A DNA stretch of 64,000 bases from Opitutia bacterium (lineage in GTDB: Bacteria > Verrucomicrobiota > Verrucomicrobiia > Opitutales > Opitutaceae). The notes under the pieces were generated by a model. The model did no database searches and had not been told where the DNA came from. It saw only the letters and a list, made by a program, of their open reading frames with translations. The stretch spans positions 37,242-101,241 of the forward strand of contig JACPIS010000040.1 in NCBI GenBank assembly GCA_016187925.1, read 5' to 3'. Positions 43,895-53,908 of this stretch are shown here, in pieces. The translations under genes and the position numbers were made by a program. Each line of letters starts with the position of its first letter. The stretch's first letter is position 1.

Positions 43895-44395
43895 TCAGGC
43901 CTTGGGCTCGTCGGCCTTGGGGGCCTCGGCGGCGGCTTCGGTCGCGGCGGCTTTCTTGCCCCCGGACTTCTTCGCCTTCTTGGCGCCCTTGGACTTCTTG
44001 TAGCCCTGGTCCTCGGCACCGACGAACTCGATGAGCGCCATCTCGGCGGCGTCGCCGATGCGCTGCGGGCCGAGCTTGTAGATGCGGGTGTAGCCGCCCG
44101 AGCGCTTCTCGAACTGCTTCACCTTCTCGTTGAAGAGGAGGGTGACGGCACCTTCGTCGCGGATGTCCTTGAGGGCCATGCGGCGGAGGTGGATGGCGTC
44201 CTTCTTCTCAGCGGCGGCCGCGGCCTTCTTGGCCTTGGTGATCACCTTCTCGATGAAGGGGCGCAGGGCCTTGGCCTTCGTGAGGGTGGTCTCGATGCGA
44301 CCGTGCTTGATGAGGGAGGCACCCATGTTGGAGAGCATCGCGGAGCGGTGCTCACGGGTGACGCCGAGGGAGGCGTGGTGTTTATTGTGACGCAT
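43895..44395 (-). CDS. rplQ: 50S ribosomal protein L17
   Basis: MRH...GRIETTLTKAK, GGYTRI, GDAAEMA; K/A-rich tail. Confidence 0.97.
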   Translation of the reverse strand: MRHNKHHASLGVTREHRSAMLSNMGASLIKHGRIETTLTKAKALRPFIEKVITKAKKAAAAAEKKDAIHLRRMALKDIRDEGAVTLLFNEKVKQFEKRSGGYTRIYKLGPQRIGDAAEMALIEFVGAEDQGYKKSKGAKKAKKSGGKKAAATEAAAEAPKADEPKA

Positions 44396-44546
44396 TGGGT
44401 GGTTTTAGATGTGGTCCCCGATCGGCAATTTGGTTTTCCGGAACAGAGTAAGCGGACGATTACTTTGAGTTGGCGTCAGTTTGCTCTGCTTGGAAAAACC
44501 GCTCGCAGCGTTGGGCGGCAGCGGACGGCGCGAGAACCAAGGTTAA

Positions 44547-44639
44547 ATTTATGATTTATGAGTTACGAATTACGATTGGTCGGACCTGGGATCGAAAATT
44601 GCCGGAGCAACCGTAAATCCTAAATCGTGATTCGTAAAT
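44547..44639. repeat. Inverted heptamer-array element
   Basis: atttatg atttatg agttacg aattacg ... cgtaaat cctaaat cgtgatt cgtaaat. Confidence 0.8.
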
Positions 44640-44643
44640 CGCC

Positions 44644-45645
44644 TCAGGCTTCCTTCTTGGTGTCGAGGAGGCGCTCGTCGAACTTCATGCCGAGCGACAG
44701 GCCGAGGGCCTCGAGCTTCTCCTTGATTTCGTTGAGGGACTTCTTGCCGAAGTTGCGGTACTTGAGCATCTCCTGCTCGGTCTTCATCGCCAGCTCGCCG
44801 ACGGTGGTGATGTTGGCGTTGTTGAGGCAGTTGGCGGCGCGGACCGACAGCTCGATCTCGTTGACCGACATGTTGAGGAGCTTGCGGAGCTTGTTCTGCT
44901 CTTCGGAGACCTCCTGGGTCTGGGACTCGAACTCGTAGGATTCCTGCGAGACGCGGTCGAAGACGTCGAGGTGGTGCTTGAGGATGGAGGCGGACTGCTT
45001 GAGGGCGTCGTCCGGCGTGATGCGGCCGTCCGTCCAGACTTCGAGGACGAGCTTGTCGTAATCGGTGATCTGGCCGACGCGGGTGTTCTCGACGGCGTAG
45101 CGCACGAGGCGGACCGGGGAGAAGAGCGAGTCGATCGGGATGACGCCGATGGCCTGGTCTTCCTTCTTGTTCTCCTCGCCGGGGAAGTAGCCGCGGCCGG
45201 TCTTGATCTCGAGCTCGGCCTCGAAGGCGCGCTTGTGGTCGAGGGTGCAGATGACCTGGTCGGGGTTGATGATCTTCACGCCCGCATCGAGCTGGATGTC
45301 GGCGGCGGTGACGGGGCCTTCCTTGTTGACCTTGAGGTGGAGACGCATCGGCTCGCGCTTTTCGGAGACGATGAGAATCTTCTTCAGGTTGAGGACGATG
45401 TCGGTGACATCCTCGACGACGCCGTCGATGGACTGGAACTCGTGGTTCACGCCGTCGATCTTGATCGAGCTGATGGCGCTGCCCTCGATGGACGAGAGGA
45501 GCACGCGGCGGAGCGAGTTGCCCACGGTGTGGCCATAGCCGGCCTCGAAGGGTTCGGCGATGAACTTGGCGTAGGTGGACGTGGCACCCTCCTCGACCTT
45601 GGTGAGCTTGGAGGGGAGTTCGAATTTTCCGAGACGCTTGGGCAT
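44644..45645 (-). CDS. rpoA: RNA polymerase alpha subunit
   Basis: EPFEAGYGHTVGNSLRRVLLSS, ELSVRAANCL, NFGKKSL. Confidence 0.98.
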   Translation of the reverse strand: MPKRLGKFELPSKLTKVEEGATSTYAKFIAEPFEAGYGHTVGNSLRRVLLSSIEGSAISSIKIDGVNHEFQSIDGVVEDVTDIVLNLKKILIVSEKREPMRLHLKVNKEGPVTAADIQLDAGVKIINPDQVICTLDHKRAFEAELEIKTGRGYFPGEENKKEDQAIGVIPIDSLFSPVRLVRYAVENTRVGQITDYDKLVLEVWTDGRITPDDALKQSASILKHHLDVFDRVSQESYEFESQTQEVSEEQNKLRKLLNMSVNEIELSVRAANCLNNANITTVGELAMKTEQEMLKYRNFGKKSLNEIKEKLEALGLSLGMKFDERLLDTKKEA

Positions 45646-45659
45646 TTGGATAGTCTCTA

Positions 45660-45687
45660 GTTGAGAGTTGAGTGTTGAGTGTTAAGC
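45660..45687. repeat. Tandem heptamer array (gttgaRW-like) upstream of rpoA
   Basis: gttgaga gttgagt gttgagt gttaagc. Confidence 0.7.
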
Positions 45688-45703
45688 GACCGGCAAGACT
45701 GGC

Positions 45704-46315
45704 TTAGAAACGGGAATAAAACTCGACGATGAGCTGCTCGTTGATCGAGGGGTCCATCTCGTCACGGGTGGGCAGGCGGTTGACGACGGCCGAGAGGGCC
45801 TCGTCGTTGCGCGTGAGCCAGCCGGGGACGACGCGGGCCCGGTTCTCCTCCAGGGCGCGCGTGGCGATCTGGCGGGAGTTGTTGTTGGCTTTGATCTCGA
45901 TGGTGTGGCCGGCGAGCACGTTGAAGCTCGGGATGTCGACCTTGTGGCCGTTGACCTTCACGTGGCCGTGGTTGACGAGCTGGCGGGCCTGCGCGCGGGA
46001 CTTGGCGAAGCCGAGCAGATAGATGACGCTGTCGAGGCGGGTCTCGAGGAGCTGCAGGAAGCGCTCGCCGGTGACGCCGCGCTCCTTCTTGGCGGTGGCG
46101 AACACGCGGCGGAACTGGCGCTCGAGCAGGCCGTAGATAAAGCGGAGCTTCTGCTTCTCGGCGAGGCCGAGGGCGTACTCCGACATCTTGCGGCGCGACT
46201 TGGGGCCGTGCTGGCCGGGCGGGAAATTACGGCGCTCGAGGACCTTGGCGGAGCCGAGGACGTAGGTGCCGAAGCGGCGGCTGACGCGGGTGGTGGGACC
46301 GGTATAACGGGCCAT
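45704..46315 (-). CDS. rpsD: 30S ribosomal protein S4
   Basis: MARYTGP, PGQHG, EKQKLR, LETRLD, IVEFYSR. Confidence 0.98.
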   Translation of the reverse strand: MARYTGPTTRVSRRFGTYVLGSAKVLERRNFPPGQHGPKSRRKMSEYALGLAEKQKLRFIYGLLERQFRRVFATAKKERGVTGERFLQLLETRLDSVIYLLGFAKSRAQARQLVNHGHVKVNGHKVDIPSFNVLAGHTIEIKANNNSRQIATRALEENRARVVPGWLTRNDEALSAVVNRLPTRDEMDPSINEQLIVEFYSRF

Positions 46316-46341
46316 GGTGGGACGGGTTTAAAGTTGGAGGG

Positions 46342-46962
46342 TTAGACGCGACGGCGCTTGCGCGGGCGGCAGCCGTTGTGCGGCACCGGGGTGACGTCGA
46401 TGATGGAGGAAATCTCCAGGCCGATGGCCTGGAGACCGCGGATGGCGGAGTCGCGGCCGAGGCCGGGACCGCTGACGCGGATCTGGACCTCCTTGAGGCC
46501 GTGGGCCATGGCGTTGCGGGCGGCGTCCTGCGCCACGACCTGGGCGGCGTAGGCGGTGGACTTGCGCGAGCCGCGGAAGTTGCACTTGCCGGCCGAGGAC
46601 CAGGAGATGACGTTGCCCTTCGCATCCGTGATGGAGACGATGGTGTTGTTGAAGGACGCGGTGACGTTCGCGATGCCGGAGGTGATGTTCTTCGAACCCT
46701 TGGCCTTGCGGACCTTGATCGCACCGAGCTCCTCCTTCAGGAGGTCCTCGGCGGAGGGGGCCTTGGCGACGCCGCCGACGAGCTCGACGGGCTTGGCGTC
46801 AGCCGCGGGAGCTGCCGGGGCAGCGCCTTCGGCGGGCTTGTCGGCCTTGGGGGCCTTCGGAGCCTTGGCGGGCTTCTCGGCCGCGGGGGCGGCGGGAGCA
46901 GCAGCAGCGACGTCCTTCTTGGGCGCCTTTTCCTTCTTGGGAGTGGATTTCTCTTCGGACAT
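46342..46962 (-). CDS. rpsK: 30S ribosomal protein S11 with long N-terminal extension
   Basis: [29 protein letters not shown]. Confidence 0.97.
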   Translation of the reverse strand: MSEEKSTPKKEKAPKKDVAAAAPAAPAAEKPAKAPKAPKADKPAEGAAPAAPAADAKPVELVGGVAKAPSAEDLLKEELGAIKVRKAKGSKNITSGIANVTASFNNTIVSITDAKGNVISWSSAGKCNFRGSRKSTAYAAQVVAQDAARNAMAHGLKEVQIRVSGPGLGRDSAIRGLQAIGLEISSIIDVTPVPHNGCRPRKRRRV

Positions 46963-46980
46963 GGAGATCAGTTTTTAGGA

Positions 46981-47361
46981 TTAGGCTTCCTTGGCCTTGG
47001 ACACGCCGACGGTCTTGCGCGGGCCCTTGCGGGTGCGGGCGTTGGTGGAGGTGCGCTGACCGCGGACCGGGAGGCCGCGGCGGTGGCGGATGCCACGGTA
47101 GCAATTGATGGCCTGGAGGCGCTTGAGGTTGCCGGCGATCTCGCGGCGGAGATCGCCCTCCACCACCCACTTGTTGTCGGTGATGATGTGGAGGATCTTG
47201 TTCAGCTGCTCTTCGGAGAGATCCGAAGCGCGCATGTTCGCGTCGAGACCGGCGGTCTCGATGATGAGGTCGGCACGGGCGGGGCCAATGCCGTAGATGT
47301 ACCGGAGGGAGTATCCGATCTTCTTTTTGGCGGGGAGTTCAACGCCGAGGAGACGAGGCAT
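46981..47361 (-). CDS. rpsM: 30S ribosomal protein S13
   Basis: [22 protein letters not shown]. Confidence 0.98.
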   Translation of the reverse strand: MPRLLGVELPAKKKIGYSLRYIYGIGPARADLIIETAGLDANMRASDLSEEQLNKILHIITDNKWVVEGDLRREIAGNLKRLQAINCYRGIRHRRGLPVRGQRTSTNARTRKGPRKTVGVSKAKEA

Positions 47362-47372
47362 ATTGTGGTTTA

Positions 47373-47400
47373 GTTGAGAGTTGGTGGTTGAAAGTTGAGT
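47373..47400. repeat. Tandem heptamer array upstream of rpsM
   Basis: gttgaga gttggtg gttgaaa gttgagt; same unit as 45660-45687. Confidence 0.65.
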
Positions 47401-47411
47401 GAAAGGGAAAG

Positions 47412-48191
47412 TCAGGAGGCGGCGCGCGGGACCGTGAGGATCTCGGGGCCGGAATCGGTCGTGAGCACGGTGTGTTCGAAGTGGGCGGAGGGCTTGCCGT
47501 CGGCGGTGACGATGGTCCAGCCGTCGCTGAGGGTGCGGACCTGATGGACGCCGAGGTTGACCATGGGCTCGATGGCGAGGGTCATGCCGGGCTTGATCTT
47601 CTCGCCCGTGCCTTTGCGGCCGAAGTTCGGGATCTGCGGCTCCTCGTGCATCGACTGGCCGACGCCGTGGCCGACCATTTCGCGGACGATGCCGAAGCCG
47701 TGGGCTTCGACGTAGACCTGGATCGCATGCGAGATGTCGCCGATACGGTTGCCGACCTGCGCCTGCTCGATGCCGATGTAAAGGGCGCGCTCGGTGACCT
47801 TCAGCAGCTCGGCGACGCGCGGGGCGATGTGGCCGATGGGGACCGTGATCGCGTTGTCGCCGATGTAGCCGTTGTATTCGACGGTCACGTCGAGAGCGAT
47901 GATGTCGCCGTCGCGGAGGATGCGCTTCAGTGAGCCGATGCCGTGGACGACCTCTTCGTTGACGGAGAGACAGGTGTAGGCGGGGAAAGGCCGCCCGGAA
48001 CCATGCCGGTAACCGTAGGGCGCGCTGCGCGCGCCGTAGGAAGCGATGAGGTCGCGTCCGATCTGATCCAAGTCGTAGGTGGTGACACCCGGCCGGGCCT
48101 GCTCCTTCAGCTTCGCCAGAATTTCGGCGGCGATGGCGCAGGCTTCACGCATGCGGCGGATAGCCTCCGCGTTTTTGATCGGGATGGCCAT
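47412..48191 (-). CDS. map: Methionine aminopeptidase type I
   Basis: [30 protein letters not shown]; start ATG 48191. Confidence 0.96.
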   Translation of the reverse strand: MAIPIKNAEAIRRMREACAIAAEILAKLKEQARPGVTTYDLDQIGRDLIASYGARSAPYGYRHGSGRPFPAYTCLSVNEEVVHGIGSLKRILRDGDIIALDVTVEYNGYIGDNAITVPIGHIAPRVAELLKVTERALYIGIEQAQVGNRIGDISHAIQVYVEAHGFGIVREMVGHGVGQSMHEEPQIPNFGRKGTGEKIKPGMTLAIEPMVNLGVHQVRTLSDGWTIVTADGKPSAHFEHTVLTTDSGPEILTVPRAAS

Positions 48192-48664
48192 CAGGCGGCA
48201 GCGCGTGTGGCTCCGGTGAGGAGCCCTTGTGTGCGGTAGTGAGTGACGACGAGGTCGGCCGAGAGCGGGTCGGCGGCGTAACAACCGGTGAGGGTTTCGC
48301 CGCGGGCCTCGAGCCATTCGTCGAGCACTTTGGCTTGGAGCAACGTAGCCGGGAAGCCTTCGAGAAGGAATCCCGCATCGGGTTTGCGCGCCCAGAACCA
48401 CTTGCGGAAAACCGCGAGGATGAACTGGTCGGCATGCTGCCGTCCGGCAGCATGCGAGAGCGCCACGGCGGCCTGTTGGCCGTGCGGCGTGCGACGCGAA
48501 ATCTCCTGTTGCACGAGAGTCGCAGGAGAGACGTGCTCAATTGAGAAAGAACGGGCTCGGGCCTTCAAATCCGCGAAATGCGGACCGTCCGGACCAAGGA
48601 GAACGAGCTTCGCTTTCGGCGAGCCGAAAGCGGAAAAGGCGCTGGAGTGTTCAGCCCTTTTCAC
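48191..48664 (-). CDS. Degenerate adenylate kinase-like protein (no P-loop Lys, no LID)
   Basis: Occupies the adk slot between secY and map; LVLLGPDG, GFLLEGFP; 157 aa; GTG start tentative. Confidence 0.75.
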   Translation of the reverse strand: MKRAEHSSAFSAFGSPKAKLVLLGPDGPHFADLKARARSFSIEHVSPATLVQQEISRRTPHGQQAAVALSHAAGRQHADQFILAVFRKWFWARKPDAGFLLEGFPATLLQAKVLDEWLEARGETLTGCYAADPLSADLVVTHYRTQGLLTGATRAAA

Positions 48665-48676
48665 CGAAGTAAAGAG

Positions 48677-50176
48677 TTAAAGAGCGTAGTGGCGCACCGC
48701 CCAAGCCGTCAGACCGACCAGGAGGATAACCACCATCACGGAAACGAGTTGCATCACCGTTTTGTCCGAGGCCGCTTCGCCCAGCGCCATTTGCGCCGAG
48801 GTGCTGCGCCCGCGGATGCGGCCTTTCTTGAGGAAGCCGTCGTAGTGACGCTGGAGCAGGAAGGTCTCGATCTGGCGCATCGTGTCGAGGATGACGCCGA
48901 CCGTGATCAGCATGCCCGTGCCGCCGAAGAAATAGGCGATGCGTGCCGGAACCTTGAAGTTGAAGAGCAACACGTCCGGAATGACCGCGATGATCGTCAG
49001 GAAGATAGCGCCCGCGAGCGTGAGACGGGTCATGACGAAGTCGAGGAAGCTGGCCGTCGGCTCGCCCGGGCGGACGCCGGGGATGTAGCCGCCGTATTTC
49101 TTCAGATCATCGGCGACCTGGATCGGCTTGAACATGACCGATACCCAGAAATAGCTGAAGAACAGGATGAGCAGCGTCATGCCCGCGTAGTAGACCCAGT
49201 CGCCGCGGAGCAGCTTGTTGGAAAACTCGACGAGGAATTTGACGTCGAGGGCGGCGCCGAGCTGGGAGAAAATCTGCTGCGGGAAGAGCAGGATGGCGCT
49301 GGCAAAGATGACCGGCATGACGCCCGAGTAGTTGACCTTGAGCGGCAGGAATGAACTCTGCCCACCCATGACCTTCTGGCCGACCACGCGCTTGGCGTAC
49401 TGGACCGGGATTTTTCGCTGGCCTTGCGTGACCGCGATGATGCCCGTCGTCACGATGAGAAACAGGGCGATCATGATGATACCCTGCGGCAGACCGAGGC
49501 TGGCGGTGCCGACCGGTGCCGCAAAGAGCTGGTAGGTGGCAGTCGCCGCGCCGGGGATGTCGGCGAGGATGCCGACGGTGATGAGCAGGGAGACACCGTT
49601 GCCGATGCCGCGCTGGGTGATCTGTTCGCCGAGCCACATGAGCAGCAGCGTGCCCGCGGTCATGAAGATGGTGGACTGGATGAGGAACCAGGTCCTGCCG
49701 ACGACGACGATCTGGCCGTAGTGGTTGACGTCGAACCCGGCGAAGAGGCGCGCGGGATTCTCGAGCGCGAGGATGAGGAGCACGCCCTGGATCAAGCAGA
49801 TGATGACCGTCAGGTAGCGGGTGTACTGCGTGAGCTTCTGGCGGCCGACATCGCCCTCCTGCTGGAGCCGGCTGAAGGCCGGCACGACCGCGGTCATCAG
49901 CTGGAAGATGATCGAGGCGCTGATGTACGGCATGATGCCCAGCGCGCAGACGGCACCCTTCACGAGTGCGCCGCCGGTGAACATGTTGTAGAGGCCCACG
50001 AGGGCGCTGCCCCCACCGGCCGTCTGGTCGGTGAAAAAGAGCTGGAGCGGATGCGGGTCGATGCCGGGCAGCGGGATGTGCGCGCCGACGCGCGCGATGA
50101 ACAGCAGCGACAGCGTGTAGAGGATTCGCGAGCGGAGCTCGGGAATCTTCATCGAGTTCGTGAAGGCGGAGAACAT
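48677..50176 (-). CDS. secY: Preprotein translocase subunit SecY
   Basis: LGIMPYISASII, GIGNGVSL, YIPGVRPG, GGTGMLI. Confidence 0.98.
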   Translation of the reverse strand: MFSAFTNSMKIPELRSRILYTLSLLFIARVGAHIPLPGIDPHPLQLFFTDQTAGGGSALVGLYNMFTGGALVKGAVCALGIMPYISASIIFQLMTAVVPAFSRLQQEGDVGRQKLTQYTRYLTVIICLIQGVLLILALENPARLFAGFDVNHYGQIVVVGRTWFLIQSTIFMTAGTLLLMWLGEQITQRGIGNGVSLLITVGILADIPGAATATYQLFAAPVGTASLGLPQGIIMIALFLIVTTGIIAVTQGQRKIPVQYAKRVVGQKVMGGQSSFLPLKVNYSGVMPVIFASAILLFPQQIFSQLGAALDVKFLVEFSNKLLRGDWVYYAGMTLLILFFSYFWVSVMFKPIQVADDLKKYGGYIPGVRPGEPTASFLDFVMTRLTLAGAIFLTIIAVIPDVLLFNFKVPARIAYFFGGTGMLITVGVILDTMRQIETFLLQRHYDGFLKKGRIRGRSTSAQMALGEAASDKTVMQLVSVMVVILLVGLTAWAVRHYAL

Positions 50177-50243
50177 TAGAGGGGTGGAGCCTGAGTGATG
50201 GTTGGCGGCGGGCCCGGAGGTGGGCCTGCCCTACCCTGCGGTC

Positions 50244-50687
50244 TTAGGCGACGATCGCGGAGCCGCCGGCCTTCTCGATCTTGGCCTTGGCGGAACCGGA
50301 GAACTTCGCGGCGGTGACCTTGAGCGCGCGGCTGAGCTCGCCGTCGCCGAGGATCTTGAGGAGCGCGCCGTCGCGGACGAGGCCGGCCTTGGCCAGCACC
50401 TCGGCGTTCACCTCGGTGACCTGGGCGTCGAGCTTGGCGAGATCGCCGACATTCACCACGCCGTAGCTGGTGCGGTATTCGTAGTTGTTGAAGCCGCGGT
50501 GCGGGAGCTTGCGGTACAGGGGCATCTGGCCGCCTTCGAAGCCGGGGCGGATCGAGCCGCCCGAGCGGGCGGTCTGGCCCTTGCCGCCCTTGCCGGAGGT
50601 CTTGCCATGGCCGCCGCCTTCGCCGCAACCGACGCGCTTACGACGGTGCACGGCACCTTTGACGTTCTTGAGAGAGTGGAGACGCAT
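50244..50687 (-). CDS. rplO: 50S ribosomal protein L15
   Basis: GKTSGKGGKGQTAR, GFEGGQMPL, KILGDG. Confidence 0.97.
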   Translation of the reverse strand: MRLHSLKNVKGAVHRRKRVGCGEGGGHGKTSGKGGKGQTARSGGSIRPGFEGGQMPLYRKLPHRGFNNYEYRTSYGVVNVGDLAKLDAQVTEVNAEVLAKAGLVRDGALLKILGDGELSRALKVTAAKFSGSAKAKIEKAGGSAIVA

Positions 50688-50760
50688 TTTCTTGTTTCCT
50701 AATTTTGGGTCGCCGGCCCTCGACGTTGCTCGGGCCGACTCGGATTTCAGTTGAAGGGGA

Positions 50761-51273
50761 TCAGCTGCGGACGGCCTTGATGTCCACGGCCATGCGGAGC
50801 TTGCGGAGGCCGTTGAGCGTGGCGTGGACGACGGCGATGTGGTTCTTGGAACCCATCGACTTCGTGAGCACGTTGTGCACGCCGGCGGCCTCGAGGACGG
50901 CGCGGACGCCGCCGCCGGCGATCAGGCCGGTGCCGGGCGTGGCCGGGCGGAGGAACACCTTGCCGCCGTCGAACTCGCCGAGGACCTCGTGCGGGATGGT
51001 GTCGCCCTTGAGCTTGACGGGCACCATGTGCTTCTTGGCGTGCTCGGTGGACTTGCGGATGGCGTCGGGGACCTCGTTGGCCTTGCCGTAGCCGATGCCG
51101 ACGTTGCCCTTGCCGTCGCCGACGACGGCGAGAGCGGAGAACGAGAAACGGCGGCCACCCTTGACGACCTTGGCGCAGCGGTTGATGTAGACGACCTTCT
51201 CGATCATGCCGGAATCGGCCTCGTTGTCGGAGGGACCGCGACCGGAAGAGAATGACCTGTTATTGTTTGTCAT
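50761..51273 (-). CDS. rpsE: 30S ribosomal protein S5
   Basis: [25 protein letters not shown]. Confidence 0.98.
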   Translation of the reverse strand: MTNNNRSFSSGRGPSDNEADSGMIEKVVYINRCAKVVKGGRRFSFSALAVVGDGKGNVGIGYGKANEVPDAIRKSTEHAKKHMVPVKLKGDTIPHEVLGEFDGGKVFLRPATPGTGLIAGGGVRAVLEAAGVHNVLTKSMGSKNHIAVVHATLNGLRKLRMAVDIKAVRS

Positions 51274-51282
51274 GGGCGGAGA

Positions 51283-51648
51283 TTAGAATTGGAGGCCGCC
51301 TTCGCGCGCGGCGTCGGCGAAGGTCTTGACGCGGCCGTGGTAGGGCCGGCCGTTGCGGTCGAACACGACGGAGGACAGACCGGCGGCCTTGGCCTTGGCG
51401 GCGAAGGCGACTCCGAGCGTCTTGGCGCCGGAGACATTGCCCTTCACCTTCGACTTGCGGACCTCGGGATCGAGGGTCGAGAGGAAGACGAGGGTCTTGC
51501 CGGCGGCGTCGTCGACGGCCTGGGCGTAGATGTGCTTGCCCGAGAACTTGACGGAGAGACGCGGGCGCACGGCGGTGCCGGTGACGGTCTTGCGGATGCG
51601 CCACTTGCGCTTCTGGAGCAGCTGGGCTTTGCGAATGGTATTGGACAT
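51283..51648 (-). CDS. rplR: 50S ribosomal protein L18
   Basis: RPRLSV, VVFDRNG, YHGRVK, AREGGLQF. Confidence 0.97.
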   Translation of the reverse strand: MSNTIRKAQLLQKRKWRIRKTVTGTAVRPRLSVKFSGKHIYAQAVDDAAGKTLVFLSTLDPEVRKSKVKGNVSGAKTLGVAFAAKAKAAGLSSVVFDRNGRPYHGRVKTFADAAREGGLQF

Positions 51649-51674
51649 GGTGATGCGGCCTTGAGGTTGCGGCG

Positions 51675-52220
51675 TTAGGCGACGGTCTTGCCTTCCTTGC
51701 GGCGGACGCGCTCGGCGTGCTCGCCCACGATGCGCACGCCCTTGCCCTTGTAGGGCTCCGGCGGGTAGTAGGCGCGGATCTCGGCGGTCACCTGACCGAC
51801 GAGCTGCTTGTCGGCACCCTCGACCTTGAGCTTGGTGCCGTCGGTGACGGTGACCTTGATGCCCTCGGGGATGTCGTGGAGGATCGCGTGGGAGTAGCCC
51901 AGCGCGAGGTCGAGCTGCTTGCCCTTGAGCGCGGCCTTGAAGCCGACGCCCTGGATCTCGAGCTCCTTGAGGTAGCCGACGGAGGCGCCCTTGACCATGC
52001 CGGCGATCACGGAGCGGACCGTGCCGTACATGGCCTTGGAGAAACGGGTCTCCTCGGAGGGGGCGACAACGACGGTGTTGTCCTTCTTCTCGATCTTCAC
52101 GACGGGCGCGAAGGTCTTCGAAACTTTGCCCTTGGGGCCGTCGACGGACACCGTGGTGCCCTTGATGTCGACCTTGACCTTGTCGGGGATCTGAACGGGT
52201 TGTTTGCCAATTCTGCTCAT
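51675..52220 (-). CDS. rplF: 50S ribosomal protein L6
   Basis: MSRIGK, LGYSH, PEPYKGKG; start ATG 52220. Confidence 0.97.
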   Translation of the reverse strand: MSRIGKQPVQIPDKVKVDIKGTTVSVDGPKGKVSKTFAPVVKIEKKDNTVVVAPSEETRFSKAMYGTVRSVIAGMVKGASVGYLKELEIQGVGFKAALKGKQLDLALGYSHAILHDIPEGIKVTVTDGTKLKVEGADKQLVGQVTAEIRAYYPPEPYKGKGVRIVGEHAERVRRKEGKTVA

Positions 52221-52233
52221 GGTGCGGTGCTCC

Positions 52234-52626
52234 TTACCAGACGGTGCAGACGAGCTCGCCACCGAGCTTGTTGCGGCGGGCGTCCTGGTCCTTCATGAGG
52301 CCCTTGGACGTTGAGACGATGGCGATGCCGAGGCCGTTGAGGACGCGGGGCAGATCGCTGTAGCCGAAGTAGAGGCGGCGGCCGGGAGTGGACGCGCGCT
52401 TGAGGCCGGTGATGACGGGGGTGTTGTCCACATACTTCATCGCGACGATGATGGTCTTGTGGCCGCGCTCGTCGGTGCCGGTGGAGACCTCGCGCACGAA
52501 ACCCTCGTTCTTGAGGATGCCGGCGAGACTCTCGCGGAGGTTGGAGTGCGGGGCGACGCACTCGGTGAGACCGGCCTTCGACGCATTGCGGAGGCGGGTC
52601 AGGAAATCACTGATCGGATCGGTCAT
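52234..52626 (-). CDS. rpsH: 30S ribosomal protein S8
   Basis: DPISDFLTRLRN, STPGRR, STSKG, GGEL. Confidence 0.97.
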   Translation of the reverse strand: MTDPISDFLTRLRNASKAGLTECVAPHSNLRESLAGILKNEGFVREVSTGTDERGHKTIIVAMKYVDNTPVITGLKRASTPGRRLYFGYSDLPRVLNGLGIAIVSTSKGLMKDQDARRNKLGGELVCTVW

Positions 52627-52688
52627 GGATGGATGTCGTTTTGATTGCGGCCGCGCGGGTCATATCCGACCCCCGTGGGCCAAAGTGG

Positions 52689-52994
52689 TTACCAGGAGGA
52701 CTTGGTGACGCCGGGGATCTTGCCGGCGAGCGCGAGCTCGCGGAGCGTGATGCGGGAGACGCCGAACTTGCGGTGGAAGCCGCGCGGGCGGCCGCTCAGG
52801 GAGCAGCGGTTGCGGATGCGGATCTTCGACGAGTTGCGCGGGAGCTTCTGGAGCTTCTTCTGCGCAGCGTGGAAATCGTCGTCGCTCGTCGCCGGGTTGG
52901 CGAGGATGGCCTTCAGCTCGGCGCGCTTGGCGGCGAACTTGTCGGTGAGGCGGATGCGCTTCTTGTTGCGTTCGATGGCGGAGGTTTTCGGCAT
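52689..52994 (-). CDS. rpsN: 30S ribosomal protein S14 (long, zinc-free type)
   Basis: [27 protein letters not shown]; start ATG 52994. Confidence 0.96.
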   Translation of the reverse strand: MPKTSAIERNKKRIRLTDKFAAKRAELKAILANPATSDDDFHAAQKKLQKLPRNSSKIRIRNRCSLSGRPRGFHRKFGVSRITLRELALAGKIPGVTKSSW

Positions 52995-53008
52995 GGCGCG
53001 GGAACGGG

Positions 53009-53587
53009 TTAGGCGGCGGTGTTCTTGGTGGCGACGGTCTCGGTGCGGCGGAAGGGCATGCCGAGGAGCTTCAGGAGCTCGCGGGCCTCGTCGTCGGACT
53101 GGGCCGAGGTGACGAGGGTGATGTCGAGGCCCATGTGGCGCTTGTTGCTCTCGACGGAGATCTCGGGGAAGATGGTGAAATCGGTGACGCCGATGTTGTA
53201 GTTGCCCTGGCCGTCGAGCTTGTTGGGCACGCCGCGGAAGTCGCGGATGGTGGGCAGCGCCACGGCGAGGAGGCGCATGAGGAAGTGCCACATGGCGTCG
53301 CCGCGCAGCGTGACGTGGCAGCCGACGAACTGGCCCTGCTTGAGCTTGAAGTTCGCGATGGCCTTGCGGGAGCGCGCGAGCACGGCCTTCTGGCCGGCGA
53401 TGGCGGTCAGGTCGCGCTGCGTGTCGGCGATGACGTTCTTGTCGGCCTCGGCGGAGATGCCCGTGTTGAGGACGATCTTCTCAAGCTTCGGCACCTGGTG
53501 CTTGTTCTTGTAGCCGCGCGCGGCGGTGAGCGCCGGGACGACGGTCTCGGCGTAGTGTTTTTTGAGAGGGGGGACGTTCTTGCTCAT
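53009..53587 (-). CDS. rplE: 50S ribosomal protein L5
   Basis: [25 protein letters not shown]. Confidence 0.97.
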   Translation of the reverse strand: MSKNVPPLKKHYAETVVPALTAARGYKNKHQVPKLEKIVLNTGISAEADKNVIADTQRDLTAIAGQKAVLARSRKAIANFKLKQGQFVGCHVTLRGDAMWHFLMRLLAVALPTIRDFRGVPNKLDGQGNYNIGVTDFTIFPEISVESNKRHMGLDITLVTSAQSDDEARELLKLLGMPFRRTETVATKNTAA

Positions 53588-53628
53588 GGGAGATTACCGG
53601 GTTTCCAAGCCGGTGAAAATAGGTGGCG

Positions 53629-53907
53629 TCAGCTCTTGGCCTCGGCGGTTTTCTTGGCGCGCTTCGAGGAATCGTAGCGCGACGAGAGCATGAGGTTCGA
53701 CACGTGGATCGAGCCTTCGCGCTCGGCGATCTTGCCCTGCGGATTTTCCTGGGACTTCTTGAGGTGCTTCTTGATCATGGCGACGCCTTCGACGATGGCG
53801 CGCTGCTTGGCCGCGAGGACCTCGAGCACCTTGCCGGACTTGCCCTTGTGGGAGCCGGCGATGACGACGACGGTGTCGTTCTTCTTGATGTGAAATTTCT
53901 GGGCCAT
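53629..53907 (-). CDS. rplX: 50S ribosomal protein L24
   Basis: KOW motif [26 protein letters not shown]. Confidence 0.96.
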   Translation of the reverse strand: MAQKFHIKKNDTVVVIAGSHKGKSGKVLEVLAAKQRAIVEGVAMIKKHLKKSQENPQGKIAEREGSIHVSNLMLSSRYDSSKRAKKTAEAKS

Positions 53908-53908
53908 G

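Noticed and set aside
50688..50760. Hidden rpmD between rpsE and rplO
   Set aside because: Only 73 bp, too short for L30; it contains just a GC-rich hairpin.
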